A DNA stretch of 62,893 nt, counting the filler, from Diploschistes diacapsis (taxonomy: Eukaryota), in assembly GCA_023645945.1 (NCBI GenBank). It is 10 parts of 10 records of this genome, joined end to end, with 100 filler letters (N's around TTAATTAATTAA, not from the genome) between each part and the next. Parts side by side here need not be neighbours in the genome. Positions count along the whole stretch, not along the records: positions 61,072 to 62,893 come from JALAIB010002583.1; 9 more parts are not named here. One strand, 5' to 3'. Shown here one piece after another: positions 61,833-62,893 of this stretch (position 1 is its first letter; each line of letters begins with the position of its first letter). Below the pieces are notes generated by a model. That model saw only the letters and a list, made by a program, of their open reading frames with translations, had not been told where the DNA came from and searched no databases. A program made the translations under genes and the position numbers.

Positions 61833-62893
61833 CAGCCGTAGAAGGCTAGTTCCCCCTGATGACACTAACCAGACTAGGCTAGCGCGCACAGATGGATTCT
61901 ACTGTAGATAATCCCTCTCGATAGTCCTAGATAATAATCAAGAAAGTACAACCCCGCAATATTGATTTTTGGTTCCTACAATCTGGCAGTCCATTAAGTC
62001 CAACAGTTATGAGCCCGGATTAGCTAGATAATCCAACAACATGACTGACAGATAACCGATAGCGGCTATCTGGCATTTCGCCAGATAAGCAGTGCCAACT
62101 ATCTGACATCTAGCAGCCCGCTAGATAAGGGTTATTAATTGTCTAATATCTGGTATCTAATAAAGACGGACAGGTTTATATAAAGAATATATTCAAGATT
62201 AAAGGGCTTAAGTATGTTTTTATCTTATTATCTATCTCGATATATAAATCAATATTAATTATTTTTTATATATTTTAATATTCTTCCGAGATAGTTAATA
62301 CCCGTAATTATTCTACTTCTTCTTTTATTAGCGCTTCTTTTCGTTACGAGTATCAACCTTGATCGATACCTCGTGTCTATCTTATAGAAATAAAGATTAT
62401 AATACTAGAATACCCTCTAAAATAAACGCTACAGGTAACACGACCGGACGATCGCTTTAAATAACTAAATCCGCATTACCAAAAACAACAGTAAAGTTAA
62501 ACGCGAAATACGAAATAAGCTTCTTAAACTAATTATAATTTATAAAAGAATTTTCTTTATATTTAGCTTATAAATTGCGAACGGAGGATCGTCGGACCGT
62601 TAGGCCTAGAAAAAAAGAATAATGTTACGATTTAGGTAATCTAAAGTAACAGCTGGCCTGAAGGCCACTTCGGAGGAACCCCGGGTCGGGTCGCGATGGT
62701 TGTTTGAGCGAAAAAGGGCCGTTTAAATAGGACTGTTTAAGCGTTCTTTTTTGTTTTTAGAGCTTTTTTTAAGTAAGAAGGTTCGCCCTGTCTGTTTAAA
62801 GAAAATAATAAATATATAACTCTTACCGTCATGGCATTAATGAATTCTGGCGAGTTTTTATTTTATATTATCCTATTAAATAGATTAATATAC

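Overview
Eukaryotic DNA from a filamentous ascomycete (Pezizomycotina; inferred from short GT-AG introns with CTRAC branch points, the gene content and RIP-type mutation of repeats). The window is not one continuous locus. It is ten contigs joined by identical 100-nt N44-TTAATTAATTAA-N44 spacers. Their lengths (23,717; 1,830; 1,829; 1,829; 1,828; 23,666; 1,826; 1,823; 1,823; 1,822) decrease within each size class, so adjacency across spacers is probably artificial. Contig 1 (1-23717) holds a HeLo-like/TPR/ankyrin gene with no recognisable NOD domain, a conserved hypothetical gene, CDC14, PCC1, a conserved putatively mitochondrial protein and a decayed NB-ARC/ankyrin NLR. Contig 6 (31534-55199) holds a frameshifted cytochrome P450, a carboxylesterase and a ~12 kb block that looks like a derelict Starship giant transposon, followed by a truncated membrane-protein gene. 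That block contains a decayed DUF3435-type tyrosine recombinase captain, a pseudogenised and an intact PD-(D/E)xK-like gene, and an intact SSU1-type sulfite efflux pump. The small contigs are mostly AT-rich RIP-mutated transposon debris (Gypsy chromovirus, Copia, Fot1/pogo, hAT-like, MULE, an element with a LINE-like tail), plus a tRNA-like remnant and an eIF4A fragment. Family assignments come from motif recognition by eye and need HMM/BLAST confirmation.
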